Part shown: one piece after another, positions 23,501 through 33,543 of the stretch
How the letters are laid out: every line of letters starts with the position of its first letter
How positions within the stretch are numbered: the first letter of the stretch is position 1
Assembly: GCA_027923505.1 (NCBI GenBank)
Contig: BROI01000006.1
Coordinates: 310,001-374,000 of the forward strand
Direction of reading: 5' to 3'
Length of the DNA: 64,000 bases
Source of the DNA: Mayamaea pseudoterrestris
Lineage: Eukaryota
Program-made: the position numbers and the translations under genes
Notes under the pieces: model-generated
What the model was told of the DNA's origin: nothing
Seen by the model: only the letters and a program-made list of their open reading frames with translations
Database searches by the model: none

Positions 23501-26500
23501 GTACCTCGGATGGGTCCCGACTGAGCGAGTTCAACAGACTTTACGTCACACGGAAGCATGGTATCATCTCAGCGAACATCCGCGATTACCATTTCGACAC
23601 CTCACGAAATCACGATTTCCGGCCGCGAACGTTCAGCGGTTGCGCGAACTATTCGCCACGGACACGATACACTCTGACACGCCAGCTTTGGATGATGGAA
23701 TTCTAGGGCATGGGGGAGCTACTAAGATGCAGCTCTTTGTTGGACGAGAAAGTTTTTACACGCGCGGCTACCCGATGAAGTCGGAGAGCGAAATGTCAAA
23801 CGCGTTAGAGGATTTTATCCGCGAAGTGGGCGCTCCTAACGGACTGCTCAGCGACAATGCCAAGTCGGAGACTGGCAAGGCTGTGAGGGATCTCTGTCGG
23901 ATGTACAATATTCCTCAAGTGACCACAGAACCGGGTCATCCAGAACAAAATCCATGCGAACGTCACACGTCGCACATTAAGCCAATGATGGAGAACCTCC
24001 AACGAGATTCGGGTTCGCCAGGCCATTGCTGGGTTTTGCTGATTAAATTCGTAATCATGATTCTGAACGTCCTCGCGACGAAATCGCTGGGATGGCGCAC
24101 TCCAACGGAAGTTGCGTTCGGAAATTTGCCGGATATTTCGCCTTTGTTACATTTCAAGTGGTGGGAACCGGTCACGTTTGAGGCGCAGGGGAGTTTTCCC
24201 TCGGCGGTACGATCTGGCAACGGCCGATTCGTGGGCATCGCAGAGAATAGCGGTCCGCACATGACTTTTCTCGTTCTGACGGACGATACGCTTCAGGCGA
24301 TTCCGCGCTCCAACGTGGTCTCGCGCAGCTACTTGTTACCACGAGAGTTGCCTTCCTTCCCTGAGTCTGGAGGGGAGATTTCTGAAGAAGCTACACGCGC
24401 AAGCGAACGAAATTTTGAAACTCCAGATCTCGCGACAGGACGCTACCATAGCACGAATGCGACAGAAAGTAGTCACGACAACTACGAAGGAAACGACGAC
24501 GAAACGATTCCGATGGCGAACCACGCCAACGTACCAGCGAAGTTCTTCAGAAGGGCTGAGCAAGAATCAGGGAATAAATGCCCTCTGTTCTCTCCAAGCA
24601 AACTCATCGGACGCACGTTCGTAAGGGAACACGAAAACGGTCAGAAAATGCGAGCGACTGTATGCGAATATATCGAAGTACGCGATAACGAGCTACTCGA
24701 AACGACGAAAGGTTTCTTGATCCAGATGGGAGAAGAGCCAGCGAAAGACTTAATAAGTTACAACGAACTGTCGGATTTAATCGAACGACAGATGGACGAA
24801 GATATACGAAACGATCCGGCGACTCAGTGGGTATTCACGAAGGTAATCGGACACGAGCTTAATTTGAAACCGAACGATCCGACATACAAAGGAAGTTCAA
24901 GTAACGTTCTCGTCGAGTGGACTGACGGAACAACGACGTGGGAGCCTCTCGCGATCATGAAGAAGGACGATCCGATAACGATCGCAGAGTATGGACTCAA
25001 GCACGGCTTACTCGACAAGCCAGGATGGAAGCAGCTGGAACATTACACTCGGAAGCGAAAGAAGTTTCGACAGATGGTGACAGCAGCGAAACGAAAATCG
25101 AAAGCAAACGGCGTACGCTACAAATTCGGCGTAAGGTTGCCGCGCAATTATAAAGATGCGAAAGCTCTCGACGAGATCAACGGCAACACGCTGTGGACGG
25201 ACGCGATTCGAACGGAATTAAATCAGATAAATGATTACGACACGTTCGCAGATCAAGGAGTCGGTAAGGTTATGCCGGCGCCGTGGAAACGAATAAACGT
25301 GCACATGATATTCGATGTCAAGCACGATTTGCGACGGAAAGCACGACTCGTCGCAGGAGGACATATGACAGAGCCGCCGAAGGATTCAGTTTACTCGGGC
25401 GTTGTGTCATTGCGAAGTCTACGAATGGTAGCGATGTTAGCGGAACTCAACGGTCTGGAACTGTGGGCAGCTGACGTCGGCAACGCATACTTGGAAGCGA
25501 AAACGAAAGAGAAGGTTTATATCGTGGCAGGTCCGGAGTTCGGGGAGCTCGAGGGTCACACGCTCACGATCGTGAAGGCATTATACGGTCTTCGCACGTC
25601 AGGCGCACGCTGGCACGAGCACTTTGCAGACACGCTCCGCGACATTGGCTTCACGCCGTGTATCGCAGAACCGGACGTGTGGATGCGCGATAAAGGCACG
25701 CACTACGAATACGTTTGTGTGTATGTCGACGATTTAGCGATAGCGATGAAGAATCCGAAGGAACTAACGGATCTTTTAATTGAGAACTACAACTACAAGT
25801 TGAAGGGCGTCGGTCCATTGGCATATCATTTGGGCGCAGACGTTTGGCGAGACGACGACGGCGTACTCTGCTTCGGAGCGAAGAAGTACGTCACAAGACT
25901 ACTAGCGAACTACAAAGAAATGTTCGGCGAGGAACCGCGACCGCAGACAAGTCCACTACGCGACGGCGATCATCCGGAACTCGACGAAACGAAAGAACTT
26001 GACGACGACGGAATTGCGAAGTATCAATCGATCATTGGTGCGTTGCAATGGGCAGTAAGTTTATGTCGATTCGACATTCACTGTGCTGTCATGACTATGG
26101 GGAGATTCCGAGCTGCGCCACGAGCGGGGCACTTGGAACGGTTGAAGCATATTTGCGGATACTTACGAAGATACCCGGATGGAGCGATTCGATTCAACGT
26201 TTCGATTCCAACGGACGAGCGATACGCGACAGTTGACAAGATGGATTGGGATTACAGTGTGTACGGCAAGATCTGCGAAGAGCTTCCGTGGAACATGCCC
26301 ACGCCGCGCGGCAAGGCGGTGCGAATGTCAACGTTCGAAGATGCGAACCTGTACCACGATTACACGACGGGACGGGCAGCGATGGGCATGCTACACATGT
26401 TGAATGGAACAGTCGTCGATTGGTTTTCGAAACGCCAAGCGACGGTCGAGACGGCGACGTACGGCTCGGAGTTTGTAGCAGCGAGAGTGAGCACGGAGCA

Positions 26501-27128
26501 GATCATGGATCTTCGCTTCACGCTACGCATGTTGGGAGTTCCGCTCGACGGACCTTCATGGATGTTTGGAGACAACAAGTCGGTAACGCAAAGCAGCAAC
26601 CTACCGCACTCTAGTCTGACGAAGCGACACAATGCACTGGCATTTCACCGTGTACGCGAAGCGATTGCGGCGGGAATTATTAATTTCAACCACATCATGG
26701 GAACGACAAACCCGGCGGATGTACTTACCAAGTTTCTTCCACGGGCTACGGCAAGCAAGCACTTAAAGAACCTGCTCTTCAAGGAATCTAACTATTAGGT
26801 ATGACTTGAGGGGAGTTGCAGGATGCGAACGAAAACAGCGAAAATCGGGCAAGTCACACCGAATGTCCGATAGGGTGACACAGCGGCACTCGCGGCTCAC
26901 CACAGCCTCACGATCGCGTGATGCGTGGCAGCGACGGCTTCGAAGCGATTCAACAAGCATATTGCTGAAACTAGTGCGATATAGAGTAGAAACAAGCAGA
27001 CTTACTAAGCTTGAAGAGTTAAGAAAGCGATTTATTCGTCTCTCGTATTGTAGCAACTGCAAGCTTGGATTGGCCATCCAAGGACAGCTACAAGCGAAAG
27101 GTGCAACGATTTGATTTACAAGTTACAA
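20546..27128 (+). mobile_element. Full-length Ty1/copia (CoDi-like) LTR retrotransposon; LTRs 20546-20858 and 26816-27128
   Basis: 313-bp direct repeats differing at 3 positions, PBS at 20859-20872, PPT GAGGGGAG before the 3' LTR, and an intact gag-pol ORF. No target-site duplication. Confidence 0.96.
21006..26798 (+). CDS. Copia Gag-Pol polyprotein (Gag-PR-IN-chromo-like-RT-RNaseH), single ORF
   Basis: Protease LIDSGA; integrase ATDT..LLSDNA..QNPCER; RT KARLVAGGH, DVGNAYL, KALYGL, YVDD; RNaseH EDAN..GSEF..GDNKS..NPADVLTK. The IN-before-RT order identifies copia. Confidence 0.96.
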   Translation: MAETRAQKDAAFAHVYEENVGVFQDPQFKELFDELGVESLTQLIEMEYDDFATKWNVTTTTTTTTDDGDNVTQETSEHSLTKMKQRTITNAIEWYLAQESPDIKTWSQLTTETLATFVTARAKERVQARNIASVGSGSGAKPPAKESETESKKDESKDSTLTNEGDESKPDSADKVPPTSVDVDTKQSPTSVLDLGDDEDDEKYSDQFTKSIKFSAKDCKEMKLDSSWKQWISELKVIATLHDFHEVFDDDYDPKEKGPKEQKAYAKKNVFVYRIFLTHCRTPSASLAVQQFKKTMDGREVYQRLRTRYEEGATAHIEKERARTELQGMRLTEKWSRPTIEFLALFYKKVIWLLEMDAEALTGLQRYDMLRDAFSEHTGFSASLAGFDGMIAIKKHMGQHDSEDNFAQLYAHLEECCIKYDKKHPSTTKTKRTINQAQSSGTKGGGGGNGGATPSGLSAERFAAIMKKPHASVKDEVWLEMKFDQRKQLKDKRATAPKTPENGWRPRNQRGTATTQTQVNAAHQERHATESVANDHASVPGTINIQPGNSGMSVQTAARSVLQANNASTTTQQVTGSLTTDNTGRGTFSFNMHRRMRVNRAHYERINEGALIDSGANGGLCGGDMLVVSETNAEVDVTGIDDHIVPALKIGTAAGLAKTLSGETILLLCHQYALKRDGPTIHCPNQLRAMGHRVDDIPTMFGGTQRITTNIGGYVLPLAIRDGLVYLDVTKPTFDDLDKYPTVIMTSDVPWDPTVYDVEHAHDDFDERDHDYGSFDERFDDDGITHRNRHTPTRTGDELDVLINRCVRHAQFSRVNLRKLRSKEPDYNALRPYLGWVPTERVQQTLRHTEAWYHLSEHPRLPFRHLTKSRFPAANVQRLRELFATDTIHSDTPALDDGILGHGGATKMQLFVGRESFYTRGYPMKSESEMSNALEDFIREVGAPNGLLSDNAKSETGKAVRDLCRMYNIPQVTTEPGHPEQNPCERHTSHIKPMMENLQRDSGSPGHCWVLLIKFVIMILNVLATKSLGWRTPTEVAFGNLPDISPLLHFKWWEPVTFEAQGSFPSAVRSGNGRFVGIAENSGPHMTFLVLTDDTLQAIPRSNVVSRSYLLPRELPSFPESGGEISEEATRASERNFETPDLATGRYHSTNATESSHDNYEGNDDETIPMANHANVPAKFFRRAEQESGNKCPLFSPSKLIGRTFVREHENGQKMRATVCEYIEVRDNELLETTKGFLIQMGEEPAKDLISYNELSDLIERQMDEDIRNDPATQWVFTKVIGHELNLKPNDPTYKGSSSNVLVEWTDGTTTWEPLAIMKKDDPITIAEYGLKHGLLDKPGWKQLEHYTRKRKKFRQMVTAAKRKSKANGVRYKFGVRLPRNYKDAKALDEINGNTLWTDAIRTELNQINDYDTFADQGVGKVMPAPWKRINVHMIFDVKHDLRRKARLVAGGHMTEPPKDSVYSGVVSLRSLRMVAMLAELNGLELWAADVGNAYLEAKTKEKVYIVAGPEFGELEGHTLTIVKALYGLRTSGARWHEHFADTLRDIGFTPCIAEPDVWMRDKGTHYEYVCVYVDDLAIAMKNPKELTDLLIENYNYKLKGVGPLAYHLGADVWRDDDGVLCFGAKKYVTRLLANYKEMFGEEPRPQTSPLRDGDHPELDETKELDDDGIAKYQSIIGALQWAVSLCRFDIHCAVMTMGRFRAAPRAGHLERLKHICGYLRRYPDGAIRFNVSIPTDERYATVDKMDWDYSVYGKICEELPWNMPTPRGKAVRMSTFEDANLYHDYTTGRAAMGMLHMLNGTVVDWFSKRQATVETATYGSEFVAARVSTEQIMDLRFTLRMLGVPLDGPSWMFGDNKSVTQSSNLPHSSLTKRHNALAFHRVREAIAAGIINFNHIMGTTNPADVLTKFLPRATASKHLKNLLFKESNY

Positions 27129-27172
27129 TAGCAGGTATGCAACAGAAAGTAGTATCACTATGCCGTTAAAAG

Positions 27173-27254
27173 TAGCGCACCTCGGAATCGAACCAAGGAT
27201 AACCGGCTATATCACCTCTAAACACGCTGCTACTTTTCCGTCTGCTAGTGTACT
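27173..27254 (-). ncRNA. tRNA-like Pol III unit inside the TRIM 3' LTR
   Basis: Acceptor AGTACAC/GTGCGCT, A-box-like TAGCAGACGG, variable hairpin, T-arm CTTGG-TTCGATT-CCGAG (B box) and downstream TTTT. The anticodon stem does not pair. Confidence 0.7.
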
Positions 27255-27642
27255 ATATGCTGCATACAAGGCACCATGCACTATGACAAGTAAAGGTATC
27301 GCTCTGGTTGCTGTTTTTCGTGTGCAACCTGCTACTCCCCTAGCTTTGCGCGTCATAGTGCTAACTCGTCTTCCGTTTCAGCTGGCATTTTCGTCTCGCG
27401 GGGGAATGTCACTTTTCAGTTTTTCCTGCGGCGTTTCGGGCTCGGCGCATCTTTGTGCACTCCCCAGGGTCCGCGACTCCCCATCGTTCGTTCGTGACAA
27501 ACCCGTGCAACCAGTGAATTTTTGCTTTTTCTTCGCTTGATTCGATCGCAACTCGAACCAGCAGCCTCAGTCCAGATCTCTCGATAGGGACGCTACCATA
27601 GCAGGTATGCAACAGAAAGTAGTATCACTATGCCGTTAAAAG

Positions 27643-27724
27643 TAGCGCACCTCGGAATCGAACCAAGGATAACCGGCTATATCACCTCTAAACACGCTGC
27701 TACTTTTCCGTCTGCTAGTGTACT
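27643..27724 (-). ncRNA. tRNA-like Pol III unit inside the TRIM 5' LTR
   Basis: Identical copy of 27173-27254. Confidence 0.7.
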
Positions 27725-27804
27725 ATATGCTGCATACAAGGCACCATGCACTATGACAAGTAAAGGTATCGCTCTGGTTGCTGTTTTTCGTGTGCAACCT
27801 GCTA

Positions 27805-29824
27805 CGAGTACGAGACGTTTCAAGATCTTGGTCCGAGTTCCATCACAGCACCACCAACTGGTTACCAAAAGATCCGAGTCCATTTTGTGTACGATGTCAA
27901 GCATGATTTGCGATACAAGGCACGTCTTGTTGCAGGCGGCCACTTGACGAAGGACAACGACGATGCCTACTCCAGTGTTATCTCATTGAAGGCAATGCGT
28001 CTAGCTCTCGTCATTGGAGAAGCAAACGGCAAGAAGTGCATGGTCGGTGACATTGGGAATGCTTATCTCGAAGCGTTCACTAAGGAGAAGGTATACTTCG
28101 TTGGAGGCCCCGAGTTCGGTGAGCGCGAAGGACACATCCTGGTCATCGCCAAGGCTTTGTACGGATTGCGAACGAGCGGAGCACGATTTCACGAACGCTT
28201 AGCCGACGCCCTACTTGCGGAAGGATGGAAGCCGTCCTATTGCGATTCCGATCTGTGGATCAAGGACGCCGGCGACAGCTACGACTACCTCTGTGTGTGG
28301 GTCGACGATCTGTTGAATATTTCAGACGATCCAGCAGCGTTCTTCAAGATGCTAGAGGAGAAGTACAAGTTTACGCTCAAAGGTGTTGGACATCCCGAGT
28401 ATCATCTCGGCGGTGACTTTGGACGAGACCCTGACGGAACTCTTTACTGGTCGGCCAAGACCTACGTTGCGAAACTCTTGGCGCAGTACGAGCGTTTGTT
28501 TGAAGGTCCTCCGAAGAAGTACTCATCACCGATCGACAAAGACGACCATCCAGAACTTGACCAAAGCGAGCTACTGAACGACCAAGAGAAGAAGATTTAC
28601 CAGTCTCTAGTCGGAGCACTTCAGTGGGCGATTACTTTGGGACGATTTGACATTGCCGTTGCAGTTGTGAGTCTGTCGCGATTCCGTGTGGAGCCGCGCA
28701 AGGGACACCTGCAGCGGGTGAAGCGAGTCTGTGGATATTTGCGAGAGTTACCGGACGCAGCAATCCGTTTCCGTACGAAGTGGCCAGCCAACGAGGAGCA
28801 CTTCGGCACCATGGAGGAACAAGATTGGGAGCGCAGCGTTTACGGGAAGGACGGAGTTGATGAGATGTTGGACGTCTACCCACCGCCAAAGGGTGTGACC
28901 GTGCGAACATCAACTTTCGAGGATGCGTGTCTCATGCATTGCATGGTGACAGGCAAGTCATTGGAAGGAGTTTTGTCATTTGTCAACCAGACGCCTGTCG
29001 ACTGGCATTGCAAACTCCAGGCTACAGTCGAGACTGCGACCTTCGGATCGGAATTCGGCGTAGCAAAGAGCGGAACGGATATCAGCATTTCTCTACGCGC
29101 GTCGCTCATGGCTATGGGCGTACCATTGGAGAAGTCTGCCTGGATGTACGGAGAAAACCAAGCAGTGATTACGCAATCTACAATCCCGAGTTTGACGTTG
29201 TCCAAGCGACACAATGCGTTGGCCTACCATTGTGTTCGTTGGGCAGTTGCTGCGGGGATTATCAAGTTTGTAAAGATTGACGGAAAGGAGAACATTGCGG
29301 ACGTACTGACGAAGTACCTGCCGTACTGTGATGCGATGCCATTGCTCAAGCCAGTATTGTTTTGGCGCGGCGATACATCGTATGCGATTGTGAAGGACAA
29401 GAATGCGGCTACGACGAGCAGCGAACCCGAGGGGAGTGACGAGTCGCAGAGCGGCGAAGTCAAGAGCCCGAACCCTAATTAGCTTGTGTCGAGTCCGCAG
29501 CTGTCGTATGTGACATGTGAATGAAGAAAGTGCGCAACCGCCGTGTGGATGCGTTGTATGAATGGAACGACCAGTTACGACTGATGTAATGTGATTGAAA
29601 GAAACGGATTGATCAGATGATCTTCCGAGTGGTCGATGTAGCGATGTAGCGATAAGCTCACAATATATAGAACTACTAGTTTGCGACGAGAGTGCAGTCG
29701 TATTCGTGTAGTGGCGAGCGCAAGACTATTCGACGAGCCATCTCCATCAAGAGCTGTACAGACCGTGGCCAAGGACCCTGTATCGGAGCTTTTTGGAGGT
29801 AAGACGTTGACTGCGAAATCGTCA
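27805..29824 (+). mobile_element. 5'-truncated copia: RT-RNaseH (open frame to 29482) plus 3' LTR 29437-29824
   Basis: EYETFQDLG..YDVKHDLRYKARLVAGGH, WVDD and ENIADVLTK. PPT GAGGGGAG is followed by an LTR with TGACGA...TCGTCA termini. Confidence 0.92.
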
Positions 29825-30377
29825 ACGGTGTTAAATACCTCGCTTTCCGCAAGTCCTTACTCAAACAACAACCACTCTCAATGCAGTCGAGCCTTATATG
29901 ATCCTTTTATACGCACTCATGCCAAGTTTTTGGATTGACGACACCACAAGGAATCTGCTCTTTCTCTCTCAAACTCTCGATTCTTTCACTCTCTCTTTCG
30001 CACAGCTCTCTCAGGTCAAGACAAGCTAGCAAGACTGTTAATCTGACACGATAATATTAGACGAACTTTTACTCCAGCAATTACAATGGACTAGGAGTGA
30101 TCAACCTCTTCGTCCAGCGTACAGCAAACAAACAAACTCAATTGCTAGAATATTGCATGTTACTCGCTACTCTACTCGTGCTCTTCTTCTCTGTTCTCAC
30201 TGGGTTCACGGTTGAGGTTCACACCTCAATCGTCAGCGAATTCATTCATGTATGTGAGGATTCGGTCACATAAGTGACTCAATCCAACACAGGATTCATG
30301 TCAAATGCATACAAAAACAGGTAGCTAACCGTCTTGTCATAAGACGCAGGTCAACTCAACTCAATAATATTGTGTCA
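29825..30377 (-). mobile_element. 5' LTR (30044-30377), PBS (30030-30043) and leader of a further LTR element, interrupted by the 27805-29824 copia
   Basis: TGACAC...GTGTCA termini, followed immediately on the minus strand by GATTAACAGTCTTG, the same PBS as the full-length copia. Confidence 0.8.
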
Positions 30378-32092
30378 CTTACCAGGTCCTTCTTGGTTGC
30401 CGCTCATGTTTAGTCAAGATGAATGAATCGCTTTCGAGAAGATGGGCCAACACCACTTTGTAGATGGATCAATTTTGTGGAGGTGCGATGCGTGAGCAAC
30501 TGAAGGGACGGACTCGTGCCAAGAAATTTTGCCTTCTGTTGAATTCTCTTGATTTGCAAATCACAACAGTTTGTAGCTATGTAAATCAGTCGTGTCTGTC
30601 AGTTGGCTTTGGACTTTTAATTTTTTTGATCAGTTTGGATTGTGCACTTGCATTCATATAAAAAAGCATGAGTGCGAGTTATATTTCAATCTTGTCTACC
30701 AGTACCAGTCAATACCTTGATGTGCATTTGTATTACATAAGTCAACACGAGCTCACTTGCTACAAACAGCATTGATGCATTCCCACTGGCGGCTTTGTAA
30801 GGAAGCGTCAGTCTTGGATTAATGGTCGAAGCATGCTCCACTTGCATGTCTGCACGCGTGCGTGTGTCAACATATCTGTTGTTTACCTCCAACGGTAGGC
30901 ACTTCATGGCAATCCAAGCCCAAGGGGTTGTCACAGGCCAACGCCAAACTGCAGGCCACCAAGCCTGGAGAGTGTGTCTCAATTGACCAACTGGTGTCTT
31001 AAATGCCATCCTCATAGCCCAGCTCAGAGGAACCCCCACCAAGTGGCGCTACCAGTGCTCTACAGTATTTGTGGACCAATTCAGCCACTTCTCCTACGTC
31101 CACCTCCAGAAAGCCTTTTCAGCAGAAGAGACACTGGAGGCCAAGGCCGCGTTTGAAGTGCATGCTAGTTCAGTGGGAGTGAAAGTCCAACATTATAGGC
31201 CGACAATGGCTTCTTTGCTGACAGTCAATGGCAGCCACCTGCGCAAGGAGCGGCCAGGTACTCACCCTCTGCAGGGTCCACGCCCACTTCCAGAACGGCA
31301 TCACTGAGCAACACATAAGGGAGCTGCAGGATCAAGCCTGCACCATGATGATACACACCACCAGAAGGTGGCCCTCCGCCTACAATGCAAACCTTTGGCT
31401 GTACGCCCTGCGAATGGCTAATGAGTCCAAAGATATCACCCTTGCCCCAAGGCTACAGGTTCATTGCACTGCCCTCCCACATCACACTGGCAAGACAAGT
31501 GTCATTTCTTCACAACCAACAAGGGAGAGTCACCCCCAGAGGCACTACATCCGGACAACAAAAGCCTGCTCAGTCGGGCCTCCCAAGTTTCCTTCCCCAA
31601 GGCAAACAACCTCCCACCCAAGGCAGATGTTGCCAATCCCAAGGCTATACAACCGTGCCAGCGGATTCAGCTCTGCTGGACACTCCACCCACCGGTGCAA
31701 CCCCACTGACTGCTCCACCAACTGAAGATCCTGCCAATAATTCAACAAGGGTGGCAGCTAGCCCACCTCTGCAGCACTCCCAACACCAGCGCAAGCTGAC
31801 CAAGGAAGGTTGACAGTATTGATCACAACTCAGAGGAGGCCGTAACGTCACAGAGATGATCCAGGCCATGCGGACGGAGCTGCTCAAACTTCATCCAAAT
31901 CCATCTTACTACAAATATCTAGCCAAAGCCATGCGCATGAACTGCAGGACGCGCAAGGGAGCCTGGTGGCCTATGAGGCGCTTGCCATGCCTCAAGAGTA
32001 CCATTCCCCTCAGGATCCACCAAAGACACCACCATGTACTGGCATCAAACCATGCAATCCAAGGACCAAGTACAGTTCCTACAGGCCGCTCA

Positions 32093-33543
32093 GGGCCGGT
32101 CTTATCGAGTGCCAAAAGTGCCAAAATTTGGCACTCATGACGTCATGTAAAACGTGTTATTGCGACTTATTTAGCTGCCGGTCTTATCGGGTGCCAAACT
32201 TTGGCACTTTTGGCAACCATTGCGACGTCATCATTAGCCAATCAAAATGATGCAGTTTTCGTCGCGTCGCATTGGTAATCTTCTTCGCGCATCGTCTCGC
32301 GGCTATATAAAAAGCCATTTGCTATCGTAAGCTTGGCCAGTGATCCCGAATAATGAACAAATATAATGAAAGAAGTGTATTACACTATAACTCTAAGAGG
32401 TGCGTACGACCATTGCCTCCATTTGGACGACGCAGATGCAGTTTATCGTACACTCTCTCAACAAGTTTGTCACGTTGCATGGACCATTGCGCTCTTACTC
32501 TAGTGAGAGGCTCTAGATTATGAAGCTCCTCTCGCTCAACCTCTGCTGCTGTCATTCGCTGATCATGGAGTTCTTGGGTGAACTGTAGATCTGAGCCTGT
32601 GAAGGTTGATGGGGCGTATCCTTAGTCAAGACGCTCATTAATGCAAAAATTGTGGAGACGTGCTATATTGATAGTGACCTTGAAGAACTGTGTTACATTT
32701 GTTGTTTCTGCTTTGGCTGGTACTTTGATCTTCAGCAGCCAACCATCGATTGCACCGACGCATCCATCAATAGCACCGTAGTGGCTCAGTCCCTCAAATC
32801 CTTCCGCTGCAGCGACACATTCTTCTCGCGTCTTGGGAAAGGAAGGCGCAAGATGAGGGCATGCAGTAATAGCTTCAATGGTACGCCACAAAATGCGGTA
32901 GAATGATGGTTTGGAGATTCCACAAGTGAGCATAATATCAGAGTATGATCCACCAGCAAGCCATCGAATGGTGCAGTAGAGGCAAATCTCGGGTTGAATT
33001 ACACCTCCTCGCAATGCGGCCATGCGTTCATCTGCAATAAGATCATCTCTGACAAAGGATAGTAGCTTGTCAAATGATTGTTTTGTCATCCGTAGGTGGG
33101 TTCGGAAGAACGACGTGCTTCCATAAATGTCAAGGAATTGTTGCCAAACCATTCGCGGCGCAAACAGTGCGGGACCACGATCAATGGTTGTTTCACATTG
33201 AAACTGGAGAACTGCCATTAATAATGTCTGCCAATCATCATCATTATCATCCGCTGTAACTAATGCAAGTAAGTTGTTTACATTGGAAGGAGGAGTCGCC
33301 ATTCTAGTTGTTTGTTGTTCGTGACGAGACGAGACGAAGATGAGCAATTTCGGCCAGTCACGGTGAGACGGTCAGTCTCGGTGAGACTTTTCGATGAGTC
33401 ACAAAAGTGCCAAATTGTCATTTGGCACTTTTAGTCACGAGTAGTTGCCAAAGTGTAATTTGGCAACTCGACGACCATTTAACGGCTATTTAACGATATT
33501 TTGCCAAATTACGTCACACTTTGGCACTCGATAAGACCGACCC
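32093..33543 (-). mobile_element. PIF/Harbinger DNA transposon, internally deleted, 1451 bp
   Basis: About 27-bp TIR GGG(C/T)CGGTCTTATCGAGTGCCAAA with a 3-bp duplication TCA (32090-32092 and 33544-33546); subterminal GTGCCAAA repeats. Confidence 0.88.
32622..33303 (-). pseudogene. Harbinger (DDE_4/HARBI1-like) transposase with the catalytic core deleted
   Basis: FRTHLRMTKQSFDKL, TIRWLAGGSY and GCVGAIDG jump almost directly to ARLHNFC. The second D and the E region are missing, and there is a premature stop. Confidence 0.85.

Larger units (their letters stand above)
27129..27804 (-). mobile_element. 676-bp TRIM (non-autonomous mini LTR retrotransposon) with identical 206-bp LTRs (27599-27804, 27129-27334)
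   Basis: Minus-strand order is LTR, PBS TGGTAGCGTCCCTA (27585-27598), 264-bp non-coding interior, PPT AGGGGAG (27335-27341), LTR. LTR termini are TAGCAGGT...ACCTGCTA. Confidence 0.9.

Noticed and set aside
27173..27254. Functional tRNA-Leu(TAG) gene
   Set aside because: The anticodon stem (GCGTG/GTGAT) cannot pair and the D stem is weak, so it is treated as tRNA-like only.
27160..27947. Duplicated 126-aa and 105-aa ORFs
   Set aside because: These are chance antisense frames across the TRIM LTRs.
16102..30377. Paired LTRs of one giant 14-kb element that captured the satellite
   Set aside because: The left copy has no PPT on its inner side (satellite abuts it directly), is truncated at its outer end and shows no TSD. 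Two separate insertions are simpler.
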